Positions 18,931 to 29,124 of a DNA stretch of 64,000 bases are shown in pieces. The stretch is from an uncultured Candidatus Saccharibacteria bacterium (GTDB taxonomy: Bacteria; Patescibacteriota; Minisyncoccia; Phycocordibacterales; CAIZLB01), in contig CAYJDM010000001.1 of the NCBI GenBank assembly GCA_964368945.1, positions 42,474 through 106,473 of the forward strand, in the 5' to 3' direction. Position 1 is the first letter of the stretch. Each line of letters begins with the position of its first letter. The notes beneath the pieces are model-generated. The model saw nothing but the letters and a program-made list of their open reading frames with translations, was not told the DNA's origin and made no database searches. The position numbers and the translations under genes were made by a program.

Positions 18931-20694
18931 TTAAAAATTCCACTTATATTTCGTATCCAGATACCATGCGTGGATATTCATGAATCGCTCTGAGGAATCA
19001 TTGATATTCTGCAATTCCTGACCTTCGATTCTCTGGTGCTCCAGATAGGTATAGTTAGGAGAAAAAAGAAATACCGCTGGAATGTCATTGTGGAGCTCTC
19101 GGACAAAATCTGACTGAGCCACTACTTTCTTCACGGGATCATTCGTGCTTCTCGCGAGCTCGATCGCCTTGTCGGCATTCGCATTCGCATAGAGCGCGAT
19201 ATTGAGTCCGGGATCATTTCGCTGAGATGAATGCCAGAAAGGGTAGAGGTCCAGGTCTCGTCCGACAACTTGTCCGAATAGCAGGGCGCTATACTTTCGA
19301 GGCCGGATGATCTTCTGCGTCAGATCGGATCCCTCATATACCTCGACATTGATATCGGCGCCGATGGCTTTCCACTGCTCTTTGAGCGTCTCCGCTGTCT
19401 TCTTCAATTCAGGGGAATTAGATGTCGTGATTGAAAAAGCCAATCGAAGGGCAGGGGAAGGATTCGTGCCTGCCGTATCCGCCTTTCGCTCATAGGTGCC
19501 ATCAGCGCCCAAAGCCCAGCCATTAGCCTCGAGCAATTTTTTCGCGCCCTCGATATCTGCTGCAGACATCGAAAGAACGGCTGAGGAACTAGCTGACGTC
19601 CCTGTAGCTGCTGCAGATGATGAGCTTGCGGTGCTTGTCGCCGCGCTGCTCAATGCGATGGGCGAAGGGATCGGAGAAAAGATCGGGCTGCCATATTGAT
19701 TGAGCACGGTCTTGATAAGCGCGTCTCGGTCGACGCTCATATCGAGCGCTTTGCGGACCTCTTTGCGGAGGAGGACCGGGGCGGTATTCTGGTTGAAGAA
19801 TACTGCGAATGTTCGAGGCAGAGGGGTCTGAAGCTCGATGATATCGTCATTGTCTTTTTCACGGATAGTGGCCGCGATCTCAGAGCTGACGCCGCCCAGA
19901 TTGTCGATGTCTCCAGATTCGAATGCATTCACCGCATCTTCCTGATTTTTATAAAATCTGAGGACGACGGTAGAAATCAGCGGGGCGCCGAGGGCATAGT
20001 TGCCAAAAGAAGAAAGCGTATACGAATCTGAGAGATTGTCGCTGCTATCGGTGATTTTTTTGACCATAAATGGACCAGAGCCGATCGGATTCGTTCTATT
20101 ATATGTGCTGACATCGAATATATCGTTTTCTATAGTAGACCAGATATGCTGAGGCAGGATTCCGATAGTGAGATTCTCCGCAAAAGGAGCATATGGCTTT
20201 TTCAAGATGAATTTGATCTCTTTTTCATCGACTTTCTGAACCGTTACGCCTGCGAAATTAGAAGCCTTGGGGCTCTTGATGAGAGGGTCTACTGCTTTCT
20301 GGATCGTGAATTCGATATCGTCTGTCGTCAGCGGCGCACCGTCATGGAAAGTCAGATTCGGCTTGAGAATGAAATCATATGTAAGCCCGTCTTCTGAAAT
20401 GGTCCAAGATTCAGCAAGGTCCGGTATAAGCTTTCCTTCAGGCGAGGCCTTGAGAAGCCCGGAATAGATAAGAGAAACCGCATCTCGATCAGCATCCGAG
20501 ATCGCGAGCAGAGGATTGACGAATCGAGTATAGCCGATTATGCCTTCCTGAATTTTTCCGCCGGCAACAGGAAGCTCGGTTCCATATTTTTGGATGGAAG
20601 TTTTATATAAAAATATGCCGCTGATTACGAATACGATAAGCGCGAGGCAAGTAGCGAGCTTTTCGCTTGGACGCATTGATTGATAGGTGTTCAC
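18931..20694 (-). CDS. ABC transporter substrate-binding protein, family 5 (peptide/nickel type)
   Basis: ESWTISEDGLTYDFILKPNLTFHDGAPLTTDDIEFT signature. Confidence 0.75.
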   Translation of the reverse strand: MNTYQSMRPSEKLATCLALIVFVISGIFLYKTSIQKYGTELPVAGGKIQEGIIGYTRFVNPLLAISDADRDAVSLIYSGLLKASPEGKLIPDLAESWTISEDGLTYDFILKPNLTFHDGAPLTTDDIEFTIQKAVDPLIKSPKASNFAGVTVQKVDEKEIKFILKKPYAPFAENLTIGILPQHIWSTIENDIFDVSTYNRTNPIGSGPFMVKKITDSSDNLSDSYTLSSFGNYALGAPLISTVVLRFYKNQEDAVNAFESGDIDNLGGVSSEIAATIREKDNDDIIELQTPLPRTFAVFFNQNTAPVLLRKEVRKALDMSVDRDALIKTVLNQYGSPIFSPIPSPIALSSAATSTASSSSAAATGTSASSSAVLSMSAADIEGAKKLLEANGWALGADGTYERKADTAGTNPSPALRLAFSITTSNSPELKKTAETLKEQWKAIGADINVEVYEGSDLTQKIIRPRKYSALLFGQVVGRDLDLYPFWHSSQRNDPGLNIALYANANADKAIELARSTNDPVKKVVAQSDFVRELHNDIPAVFLFSPNYTYLEHQRIEGQELQNINDSSERFMNIHAWYLDTKYKWNF

Positions 20695-20810
20695 TTGGGT
20701 GCTTTTCTACGCTAAAGGCTGGCTAAAGCGGCTTGAATAATAGATGTGGAGTATCTACGCGGGGTCTATGTGGCCATGCAGCATTGGCTGGAAAAACGGA
20801 GCCTTACAAC

Positions 20811-21041
20811 CTATCGGATCCTCAATGTGATAATTGTGCTGACAACAAACAAAATCGATATCACAATCGTGAATAGGAATAAGAATTTATCGAAACCTCG
20901 TCGTGTTCTCCAAGTAGAAACAGAGTCGCCGCCGCCAAAAGCGCCGCCGGCACCAGCTTCAGATTTCTGAAGCAGCACGCTCACCGTAAGAAGTACGGCA
21001 AGGACGATCTGAATCACAGGGAGTGTAGAGTAAATATCCAT
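20811..21041 (-). CDS. secG: preprotein translocase subunit SecG
   Basis: LLQKSEAGAGGAFGGG...RGFDKFLFLFTIVISILF pattern. Start placed at MDIYSTL. Confidence 0.7.
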   Translation of the reverse strand: MDIYSTLPVIQIVLAVLLTVSVLLQKSEAGAGGAFGGGDSVSTWRTRRGFDKFLFLFTIVISILFVVSTIITLRIR

Positions 21042-21155
21042 CGCATATAAAGATAGCATATATGAATGTCGGTCGCAAGGTCTTTTGCCTGTTTATATGT
21101 GAGCGAGCTGCTTGGGGTATGTGGCTGGATGGCTAATAATAAGGCTAAAATGAAA

Positions 21156-21191
21156 AGACCGTCTCGGAGAGGGCAGAGCCCCGAGAACGGT
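21156..21191 (-). terminator. hairpin terminator downstream of the 163-aa gene
   Basis: gaccgtctcgg...ccgagaacggtc stem, with a T-tract on the minus strand. Confidence 0.45.
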
Positions 21192-21682
21192 CATTTTTCT
21201 TCATCGTTCGCGGTTTGGCGGGGTTGATAGGATGACAGATGCGCCTGATTGAGCCTTATGGTGGCGATGGCGCCTTCCGAGACGGTCTGGAAGTAGGCAT
21301 AGGCCGAAACTACCGCATTTCTCGGTATTTCGATGGCGCCAGGCCTGTTCAGTCTAGCGTAATCATCTTTGGCTTTCAGCGCCTTTTCCACTGCCAGGAA
21401 GTACTCCTCGCAGCCTTTTAGCCTGCCGAACCAGATCTTCCAGCATGTCAGGCGCTCTGGACCCCGAGGAAATCCTGCATCATCACTACCTGGTGGCAGG
21501 CTGGCGACAAAGACCTCACGCATCCTTTCGTCGATTTCGCGGAGTGTTTCTCTGGCTTTTGCGATGAATTCTCGGATGTCTTCAGCGGTATTCGCTTTGA
21601 TCTTGTCGCGCAGATCGTTCATGTATCGGCCGAGCACTCGACCGATACCTTCGGAGGTGTCGGTTGGGGCGCGTTTGAACAT
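21191..21682 (-). CDS. hypothetical protein (163 aa), divergent from the MerR-family regulator
   Basis: ORF; no recognisable domain. Confidence 0.45.
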   Translation of the reverse strand: MFKRAPTDTSEGIGRVLGRYMNDLRDKIKANTAEDIREFIAKARETLREIDERMREVFVASLPPGSDDAGFPRGPERLTCWKIWFGRLKGCEEYFLAVEKALKAKDDYARLNRPGAIEIPRNAVVSAYAYFQTVSEGAIATIRLNQAHLSSYQPRQTANDEEK

Positions 21683-21789
21683 AATGATTTGGTGGGTTTG
21701 TCGGGGGTTGGGTGGGAACTTTCACGAATACTTTATGTCGGAATGATTAATATGTAAATGACGGGAGGCAGAGGTCGTGTCGCGTAGTA

Positions 21790-21820
21790 TTGACTTGGAC
21801 GTTACGTCCTAGTTTATGCT
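21790..21820 (+). promoter_or_regulatory. MerR-type promoter TTGACT-19-TATGCT with dyad GGACGTtACGTCC inside the 19-bp spacer
   Basis: The spacer length of 19 bp and the dyad in the spacer are seen in the sequence. This is the established architecture of MerR-family-regulated promoters. Confidence 0.5.
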
Positions 21821-21872
21821 ACATTGAGGTCGATCAAGTCGACTCGTATTATTAGAGAATCGAAAATGAGTC

Positions 21873-22730
21873 ATGACACAAAATAGAGCCATATATAGAG
21901 AGGATCCAGGCAATTCAAGGCGCGGAATGGATGACCCGACCGCTTTTGCCAAACACCTTGCGTCATATAGTATTCAAGAACTCGCAAAACTTGCGAATGT
22001 TAGCAAGCGGACGCTCAAGCATTATGACGAGGTCGGCCTGCTCAAGCCGCAGCGGCAGGGGAGCAATAATTACCGCAGATATACGCGCGATGAGCTTTTG
22101 CGGCTCCAGCAGATCCTTTTCTTCAAGGAATTGGATTTTCCTCTGAATGAAATAAAGAAAATCATGAATTCGCCGAACTTCGATATGCAGAAAGCGCTCG
22201 AGAATCATCGCGCGCTCATTGCGATCAAGCGAGACCGATTGGATAGGCTCATGAAGACGATCGACCAGACAATTACAAAGATAAAAGATCCAAAAGATAA
22301 AAAAACACTTATGACAGATCAAGACTTATATTCTTCTTTTTCAAAAGAAGAGGAGGAGAAATATGCCGCCGAGGCAAAAGACAGATGGGGAAATACTGAG
22401 GCCTATAAGCAATCGCAGGAACGATATGGAAAAATGTCCGACCGGGAGAAAGAGGCCGTGGCTGTGGCGGGCGATACGCTTATGAAGGAAATCGCAAAAG
22501 CATTCAAGGCAGGCGAAAGCGCGACTGGTCCTGGAATGCAGAAATTGATAGCAAGGCATTATGAAGGGTTGCGAACATTCTATGATCCGAATCCGGAAAT
22601 GTACCGAGGCTTGGGAGAAATGTATGTTGCAGACGAGCGATTCACCGCATTTTATGACCGATATGCGGTAGGCCTCGCTCCATTCATGCGTGATGCGATG
22701 GTTGCATACACTGAAGGGCTTGCCGCATAG
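21873..22730 (+). CDS. MerR-family transcriptional regulator with a TipAS-like C-terminal effector domain (TipAL-like)
   Basis: HTH at YSIQELAKLANVSKRTLKHYDEVGLL. C-terminal EMYVADERFTAFYDRYAVGLAPFMRDAMVAY resembles TipAS. The start may be the internal ATG at about 21927. Confidence 0.8.
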   Translation: MTQNRAIYREDPGNSRRGMDDPTAFAKHLASYSIQELAKLANVSKRTLKHYDEVGLLKPQRQGSNNYRRYTRDELLRLQQILFFKELDFPLNEIKKIMNSPNFDMQKALENHRALIAIKRDRLDRLMKTIDQTITKIKDPKDKKTLMTDQDLYSSFSKEEEEKYAAEAKDRWGNTEAYKQSQERYGKMSDREKEAVAVAGDTLMKEIAKAFKAGESATGPGMQKLIARHYEGLRTFYDPNPEMYRGLGEMYVADERFTAFYDRYAVGLAPFMRDAMVAYTEGLAA

Positions 22731-22752
22731 ATAAGTGATATACTATTTCCAT

Positions 22753-23415
22753 ATGAAAGTAGTAGGAATCGGAATATTCATAATCATGGTGATGGGCCTG
22801 ATATTTTTTACCATTCAAATCGTAAAACAGGTCGACTTCAAGGCAATCCCTTCTGCGCAGGACAAGACGCAAAGCCTCAATACCTTTGCCGATATCAAAT
22901 CCAGCATCACATTCCAATATCCCGAAACATGGACGCTCCAATCTTCTGGTGCCTCTGCGCAATTTGCGCCGGTATTCAAAGCGATTGTCGCTGAAAATGC
23001 TGCGGGATATTTTGGCATATCGCGAAAAGAGCTCAAAAGATATCCGACATCCGCCGAGGATTTCGAATTCTATTCTGAGGATACGGCATTCAAGAGCTTT
23101 TTGAATGATGTCATTGCCAAAGATTCAGGCATTGCAGATGATGAGATAAAAATCATAAGCTCATCGCGCTCTGCCTTGAAGAATGGCCTGCCTGGATTCC
23201 AGGTCCAGTATTCTGTCAGGAATATCCGGGGCACGGTCTATTATCTATATTCGCGAGATGCCTTGCAGATGGTGATCTCTGCTTTTGTGAGCGATCAGGC
23301 TATTGATGCAGGTGATGCTGGCGCAACAGGCAATCCTGCTGTGAAAAACGATCCGCTCTATACGAATTTCAAGGCGAGCGTGGATGCGCTGATGAATACG
23401 TTTTTGACTATCTAG
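22753..23415 (+). CDS. hypothetical membrane-anchored protein
   Basis: ORF 4 nt after the MerR gene stop; N-terminal TM helix. Confidence 0.45.
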   Translation: MKVVGIGIFIIMVMGLIFFTIQIVKQVDFKAIPSAQDKTQSLNTFADIKSSITFQYPETWTLQSSGASAQFAPVFKAIVAENAAGYFGISRKELKRYPTSAEDFEFYSEDTAFKSFLNDVIAKDSGIADDEIKIISSSRSALKNGLPGFQVQYSVRNIRGTVYYLYSRDALQMVISAFVSDQAIDAGDAGATGNPAVKNDPLYTNFKASVDALMNTFLTI

Positions 23416-23421
23416 CTTTAT

Positions 23422-24651
23422 CTAGAATTCGATTTCACCTCTGAGAATCTGCTCCTTTGTCGATGTTGAAATAAGGCCACTTGAGATGCGGACGATTTCT
23501 GCCAGCATTCGCGTTCGATCGGAATCGGATGCTATGCGCACGCGCGTATTCGTTATGTCGATTGGCATGAGTTTAATTTTTTTCAAAAAAAGCCTGTCGC
23601 TTGCTGCAAGCTCAAGGCCGATAGTGAGGCCATGCGTCGTATCATATGAGAAATACTGGTCGAAAATATAATTGCCGAGCGAATAAAAAATCGGCTTGCC
23701 CTTGTAGGTCTCGACGGATTGCACGATATGCGGATGCGCGCCTATGATCATGTCTGCGCCAGCGTCGAGCCAGGCATGTGCGAGTCGAGTCTGCGTGGCG
23801 GTCGGGGTTTTTTGATATTCATTTCCCCAATGCGGGAATACGATTATGAAATCAGCCTTGTCTGCCGCCAACTTTTTTATCTCAGCCAAAATCTCAGGCT
23901 CGCCGTCTTCAATCAATCCATGATAGCCGATCAGGCCTATGCAATATGGCCGGCTCAGATCTCCTGTCTGCATGCTCGAATCGATGCAATGAGTGGTCGA
24001 GATAGGGCTCGCGATCGCATCGGTCTGTCCATTCGTCGCAGCATTTTCTGCATTGCCAAAAAAATCGATGCCGCTTGAAGCCAGCCGCTGCGCTGTTTCG
24101 CGGAAACCGGCAGCGCCAAAATTGCCGGCATGATTATTCGCAAGCGAGACGATGTCGATGCCGCTTTTTTTCAAAAGATCAGCCGTGCTCGGCGGAAATG
24201 TGAATGTGAATCCCGGGATGGCTCTGCCGGCTGAATCCACGGTCTTTGAAGGATTCGAGGTGATCGGCCCTTCGAGATTGCCGATCGCGATATCGTATTG
24301 GCTTGCGAGGAATCGCGTCGTCGATGCGAAGGTGTCTTCTTCGCCATTTGCGCCCTGTGCCACAATGCGCGTCCTTACTCCGCGATCGAACATCATATCG
24401 CCGATGAATAGGAGGGTGAGGCCGTCGGGTTTTTTATGCTGAAAAAAACTCGAGCCCGATACTGGTTCGGATTCAGAGGCAAGGACATCCATGGAATCGA
24501 CAGATGTGAAATAAAAATATCCGAGCGGAATGAGAATGAAAAAACAGAGAGCTGCCAAGAGAATATTGCTGATGAGCCGGCAGCGCCGATCATGGAGCCG
24601 GTCTCGCACCGCGTCTGGCTCGCCCGGCATTGATTTTTTACCATCATTCAT
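23422..24651 (-). CDS. capA: CapA/PgsA-family metallophosphoesterase
   Basis: LLFIGDMMFDR...SLANNHAGNFG...GAHPHIVQ blocks. Confidence 0.8.
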   Translation of the reverse strand: MNDGKKSMPGEPDAVRDRLHDRRCRLISNILLAALCFFILIPLGYFYFTSVDSMDVLASESEPVSGSSFFQHKKPDGLTLLFIGDMMFDRGVRTRIVAQGANGEEDTFASTTRFLASQYDIAIGNLEGPITSNPSKTVDSAGRAIPGFTFTFPPSTADLLKKSGIDIVSLANNHAGNFGAAGFRETAQRLASSGIDFFGNAENAATNGQTDAIASPISTTHCIDSSMQTGDLSRPYCIGLIGYHGLIEDGEPEILAEIKKLAADKADFIIVFPHWGNEYQKTPTATQTRLAHAWLDAGADMIIGAHPHIVQSVETYKGKPIFYSLGNYIFDQYFSYDTTHGLTIGLELAASDRLFLKKIKLMPIDITNTRVRIASDSDRTRMLAEIVRISSGLISTSTKEQILRGEIEF

Positions 24652-24692
24652 AGTAGGGCTATTATGACATAGGGGCAGGGCTAAACATATGA

Positions 24693-25607
24693 ATGTATGA
24701 TAAAATAAGCCCTATGAAATTCTTTCGAACAATAACGAATTCCTTGGTGAGCAAGGATTTTTACTCAGATATCCTGCACAATGACCATCCAAAGAAAGTA
24801 AGAAAGGGCATATGGTACCTTTTCCGCGTCTATATAATAGTGGCGCTATTCCTGACCATTCTCGTTTCGATCAATATCTCGGCTGTTTTGCCAAAGCTTG
24901 CGACGACAGCGCATACCATCCTTCCGGAAGGGGCTGAGGTTACGATTCAAAACGGCGTTCTGACAACCAATACGAATCCTCTCGTAATTCCGCTTCCTCC
25001 AGGCGAGGCGAGAAGCGGGGTGGATGCGGTTGCATCATCTTCGCGCTCAGATGCCCGTGCATCCGCGATTGATGTGACGAATCTGCTCGTCTTGGACGTT
25101 ACGGCATCTACGAGCATCGAGGATCTGGAATCCAAGGACACATTGGCACTCCTTACATCGGACGGCTTTATCTTCAAGGGCGAAAACGGCCGATACTCTG
25201 TTGGCAAATTCGCCAATCTCAAGGATCTCGATGTGACTATCGATGAGGCATGGCTTGTGGAGAAAGTAGAATGGGTAAAAGGCTTCGCCAAATTCGTGCC
25301 ATTCATCGCTTTCTTCTTCATCCTTGCTACCATGTTCGCATCGTCTCTGTTTTTCTCAATCCTATACGCGCTCATCATTATGCTCATACTGAAGGTCCAG
25401 AAGCGATCGACGACATTCCCCACGGCCTATGTTATTGCGCTCTATAGCCGAACATTCAGCCTGGCAATAGGCCTAATCGCATATGTCTTGCCGTTCTTTG
25501 GCAAGAATACTGTCAGCATCATTCTTCAGCTAATCTTCATCGTCCTTATGCTACGCTCTAGGCAGGCTATAATAAATGAGGAAGATGATGCGCATGAGAT
25601 AGCTTAG
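24693..25607 (+). CDS. polytopic membrane protein (possibly DUF1189-like)
   Basis: Hydropathy pattern. Family assignment is tentative. Confidence 0.4.
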   Translation: MYDKISPMKFFRTITNSLVSKDFYSDILHNDHPKKVRKGIWYLFRVYIIVALFLTILVSINISAVLPKLATTAHTILPEGAEVTIQNGVLTTNTNPLVIPLPPGEARSGVDAVASSSRSDARASAIDVTNLLVLDVTASTSIEDLESKDTLALLTSDGFIFKGENGRYSVGKFANLKDLDVTIDEAWLVEKVEWVKGFAKFVPFIAFFFILATMFASSLFFSILYALIIMLILKVQKRSTTFPTAYVIALYSRTFSLAIGLIAYVLPFFGKNTVSIILQLIFIVLMLRSRQAIINEEDDAHEIA

Positions 25608-25665
25608 CTTAATCAGGCCTTAATCTCGTCAGCGTATATTTTATCTATATAAAAAACTTATAAAA

Positions 25666-26241
25666 ATGAACCCAATCACAATAATAGTAACGGTACTCGT
25701 CGTCATCCTGCTGGTCTATATCGTGTCGCTTTATAATAAATTCGTCTCATATATAAATAGGACAAAGGAAGCCTGGGCGGATATCGATACGCAGATCAAG
25801 CGACGATATGATCTCATTCCGAATCTCGTCAATACGGTCAAAGGCTATGCGGCACATGAATCGCAGACTCTCGAGGCGGTGATCTCTGCGCGAAATAGCG
25901 CCATCAATTCGAAGAACGATAAGGCGAATATGCATGATCAGGCAGAAAAGGAAAATGCCATCACGGGCGCTCTCAAGTCCGTCTTCGCCCTCTCCGAGGC
26001 ATATCCTGATCTCAAGGCGAATCAGAATTTCCTCGAATTGCAGCGAGAATTGTCTGACACTGAAAATAAGCTGCAGGCGGCTCGACGCTTCTATAATGGC
26101 AATGTCCGAGATCTCAATACTCGAGTGGAGCTTTTCCCGTCAAATATCATCGCCCGAATCTTCAAGTTCGGCAAAATGGCATTCTTTGAATTGGGAGAGG
26201 AGAAGGAGGCTGCGCAGAAGCCTGTTGAGGTGAAATTCTAA
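25666..26241 (+). CDS. lemA: LemA family protein
   Basis: N-terminal TM helix plus IKRRYDLIPNLVNTVKGYAAHE...AYPDLKAN...ARRFYNG signature. Confidence 0.85.
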   Translation: MNPITIIVTVLVVILLVYIVSLYNKFVSYINRTKEAWADIDTQIKRRYDLIPNLVNTVKGYAAHESQTLEAVISARNSAINSKNDKANMHDQAEKENAITGALKSVFALSEAYPDLKANQNFLELQRELSDTENKLQAARRFYNGNVRDLNTRVELFPSNIIARIFKFGKMAFFELGEEKEAAQKPVEVKF

Positions 26242-27414
26242 ATGATCATGAAGCATTCGCCAGAAAGCAGCGTCGAAGCGCCTGAAATCCCTTCAGTAGA
26301 CGAAGGGGGCAAAGAAGAGGGTCCTGAGCTCTTTTCGCAAAAGCTCAAGGGCATTTTCGTAAGGGCCGTGACAGAAGGGATCATGGATTCTGGGTATGAT
26401 CTGCATGATGAAATGCAAAAAGAAAGAGGCGTCGAATTCGTAGAGCAGAGGATCCTCGAAAAAGCCTCAAAAGGAAATCTCCTTGAGGCATATGCAGACG
26501 GATCCGATCTGAATGGCGCAGAAATAAGAGACTGCATGGACGATGGGTCGTATTATTGGATGCACAAAAAAGATATGGGCAGGGAAAGAGAGCAGGGCTC
26601 GATTGTCAAGGAAACCGTGGCAATCGAAAGCGCCAGGACTCACGAAAGGATTTTTTCTAGGATAGATATTGAAAATAGATCCAGCCGAGAAAGCATTTGC
26701 ATGAACGATATTCTTCCTGATTCATGTTTCTTCGCTCCTAATAATGATTACCCTATGAAGTCATATCATGGCGCTGATGTGAGCAATGGCAGCTTTGGCT
26801 ATGTTCCAGCTCAAGGCAGCGCCCCCTTCAATACGGTCTTATACGGGGACATTGGCTCTAATCAGGGGTTGATCAGCTTGCTGCATGAGGTGGCGCATGC
26901 ATGGCAGGACCGTTGCCAGCCATCGGCAATACACGATTATCTATATGTGCAGGGTTTGCTTAAAAGGACGTTGGATGTCATGACTCTTGAAGACGCGCTT
27001 TCTCTGAATGATTCGGACTTCGGCAATATCAACGTCGCTTTGGAGAATGAGATATTGGACATCGTAGGAGCTCCGGTAGGAACGACCCATGAGGAGATGA
27101 AAAAGAAGGCTCGCGATTGCATTGATGAAACGTCTGCTTTTTTAAAAAATTCTGGAATCGAAATGCATGCAGGGAAAGTGAAAGACATCACCAATCTTCA
27201 TCTCAAAGTCGCAGCGAAAAATTTTATTTGGGCAGAGCGCCATGCCTCGAGCACCGCACTAAAGGCATATAGGGCCATGAAGGCGGCTGATCTGATCCCT
27301 GATCCTGATGAGACTGATGATATTCTCGGGCATATTCATGATGGCCTGTCTTCATATCAGCAGTTGCTTCCCATTTTAGAATTAGAAGAAGTAGGAGATT
27401 TTACAAAAAAATAA
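26242..27414 (+). CDS. cytoplasmic HExxH protein with a DUF4157-like zincin motif (SAPFNTVLYGDIGSNQGLISLLHEVAHAWQ)
   Basis: The HExxHxxQ motif is preceded by a G-rich segment, as in DUF4157. No signal peptide. Located between lemA and htpX. Confidence 0.5.
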   Translation: MIMKHSPESSVEAPEIPSVDEGGKEEGPELFSQKLKGIFVRAVTEGIMDSGYDLHDEMQKERGVEFVEQRILEKASKGNLLEAYADGSDLNGAEIRDCMDDGSYYWMHKKDMGREREQGSIVKETVAIESARTHERIFSRIDIENRSSRESICMNDILPDSCFFAPNNDYPMKSYHGADVSNGSFGYVPAQGSAPFNTVLYGDIGSNQGLISLLHEVAHAWQDRCQPSAIHDYLYVQGLLKRTLDVMTLEDALSLNDSDFGNINVALENEILDIVGAPVGTTHEEMKKKARDCIDETSAFLKNSGIEMHAGKVKDITNLHLKVAAKNFIWAERHASSTALKAYRAMKAADLIPDPDETDDILGHIHDGLSSYQQLLPILELEEVGDFTKK

Positions 27415-27428
27415 AGATTCATATTCAC

Positions 27429-28352
27429 ATGGCCACACTCTACACCCACCAAGAATCAAATATCTCTAAAACATGGCTACTCATGCTATTCATGTTCGCG
27501 CTTATCATGGGCGTCGGATGGTTTTTGAGCTATTACTATAATAATCCCGCGATTCTAGTCATCGCAGTCATATTCAGCGTGGCGATGAATATTTTCAGCT
27601 ATTGGTTTTCTGATAAAATCGCCCTCTCGATGTCAGGCGCGAAGCCGACTTTCGATGCTGACCATGCCGATGCAATTCAGCCGCAATATATAGAGCTCAA
27701 TCGAATCGTCGAGAATCTCGCTATCACTGCCGGGCTTCCAAAGCCTCGCGTCTATGTGATCAATGATGCGGCGCCGAATGCATTCGCGACTGGCCGAAAC
27801 AAAAATCATAGCGCGATTGCCGTGACTACAGGGTTGCTTGCCACGCTCAACAGAGCGGAGCTCGAAGGGGTGCTGGCGCATGAGATGGCGCATGTCGGCA
27901 ATAAGGATATCCTGATCTCGACGATTGCTGTGGTTCTTGCTGGGTTCTTGTCGATCGTCGCCGATATGTTCATGCGATCGAGCCTGTATGGATTCGGAGG
28001 AGGGAATAGTGACAATGACAATGGCAAAGCGGGCGGATGGCTCATGATTGTCGGAATAGCGCTCATGGTCCTCGCGCCGATTGCCGGCTTTCTGATCCGA
28101 ATGGCCATTTCGCGAAATCGAGAATATTTGGCTGATGCAACGGGCGCGCTTATCACGCGATATCCGGAGGGCTTGGCCAGCGCATTGGAAAAGATTTCTT
28201 CATATCAAGCTCCGATGAATAAGGCGACGAATGCTACCGCTCATCTATACATATCAAATCCATTCGGCGCTAAGGCAATGCGCGGCATGCATGCATTGTT
28301 CATGACGCATCCGCCGGCGGAGGAGCGGATTAAAAGATTGCGACAGGGCTAA
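27429..28352 (+). CDS. htpX: zinc metalloprotease HtpX (M48 family)
   Basis: HEMAHVGNKD zinc-binding motif, four TM helices and conserved C-terminal block. Confidence 0.85.
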   Translation: MATLYTHQESNISKTWLLMLFMFALIMGVGWFLSYYYNNPAILVIAVIFSVAMNIFSYWFSDKIALSMSGAKPTFDADHADAIQPQYIELNRIVENLAITAGLPKPRVYVINDAAPNAFATGRNKNHSAIAVTTGLLATLNRAELEGVLAHEMAHVGNKDILISTIAVVLAGFLSIVADMFMRSSLYGFGGGNSDNDNGKAGGWLMIVGIALMVLAPIAGFLIRMAISRNREYLADATGALITRYPEGLASALEKISSYQAPMNKATNATAHLYISNPFGAKAMRGMHALFMTHPPAEERIKRLRQG

Positions 28353-29110
28353 ACTACAATCCGCGGCTCAATCTTCCAAGTGGTTTGGAATATGTAATCA
28401 TTATGTCCCAATATCTGCTTCACTCGATCGAATTCATCGTCATTTAAATCAAAACGTTCTTTGAAGCCTTGAGACGGGCTCTCGATCTTTCTGTATTGGA
28501 TTCTTGAAAATTCAACCGACAATGTTTCGAGGTGATTTTCGATAGTCTTTGCAGATGAGAAACAGGCAGTCGGTCGATATAGTTTTTGAATAGCTCCACC
28601 TACTAGCTCTTGAAAACTTTCTTCCCAAGAAGCGCCATCTGAATCAGGTGCGCCGAGATGCTGAATCAATACGCAGTTCTTGGTCACTCTCACTGCCTCA
28701 GATAGTATGCGCAGCTGTTCTTCCAAGTTGTTCCAATGAAGGACATATCTCATTATTGCAAAATCAAAACTTTTATCACCAAACGGCAGCATCGATGCTG
28801 GTGATTGTATCGTGTGGTATGCGATTTTATTCAATGAGAGGGCTTGCTCGTTCTCATCTGTGGCAGTTGTCTCAAATTGCATTTCAGGAAGCCGAGATAA
28901 GATTCTTTCCAAGAGCTCCCCTTTATACGATCCGATATCGAGCAGGGAAAAGGGCTTACCTTTCACATCTAGCCCGCCCACTTCTTCGCGCAATGCCGTC
29001 GAGAAAAGGATGGGTGTTTGATTGAATAATTCATCAATAACCTTTGAGGTTGCGGTCTTTCCGGCGAAAATGTCCGAAGCTTTTTCTCCCATATCCTTGA
29101 AAGATGACAT
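28349..29110 (-). CDS. class I SAM-dependent methyltransferase
   Basis: KPFSLLDIGSYKGELLERIL motif I. Confidence 0.6.
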   Translation of the reverse strand: MSSFKDMGEKASDIFAGKTATSKVIDELFNQTPILFSTALREEVGGLDVKGKPFSLLDIGSYKGELLERILSRLPEMQFETTATDENEQALSLNKIAYHTIQSPASMLPFGDKSFDFAIMRYVLHWNNLEEQLRILSEAVRVTKNCVLIQHLGAPDSDGASWEESFQELVGGAIQKLYRPTACFSSAKTIENHLETLSVEFSRIQYRKIESPSQGFKERFDLNDDEFDRVKQILGHNDYIFQTTWKIEPRIVV

Positions 29111-29124
29111 GTTATAATCATATC

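Noticed and set aside
16944-20467. Antisense and embedded small ORFs inside the RNase J and substrate-binding-protein genes
   Set aside because: They sit inside confidently identified long genes with conserved domains and have no independent support.
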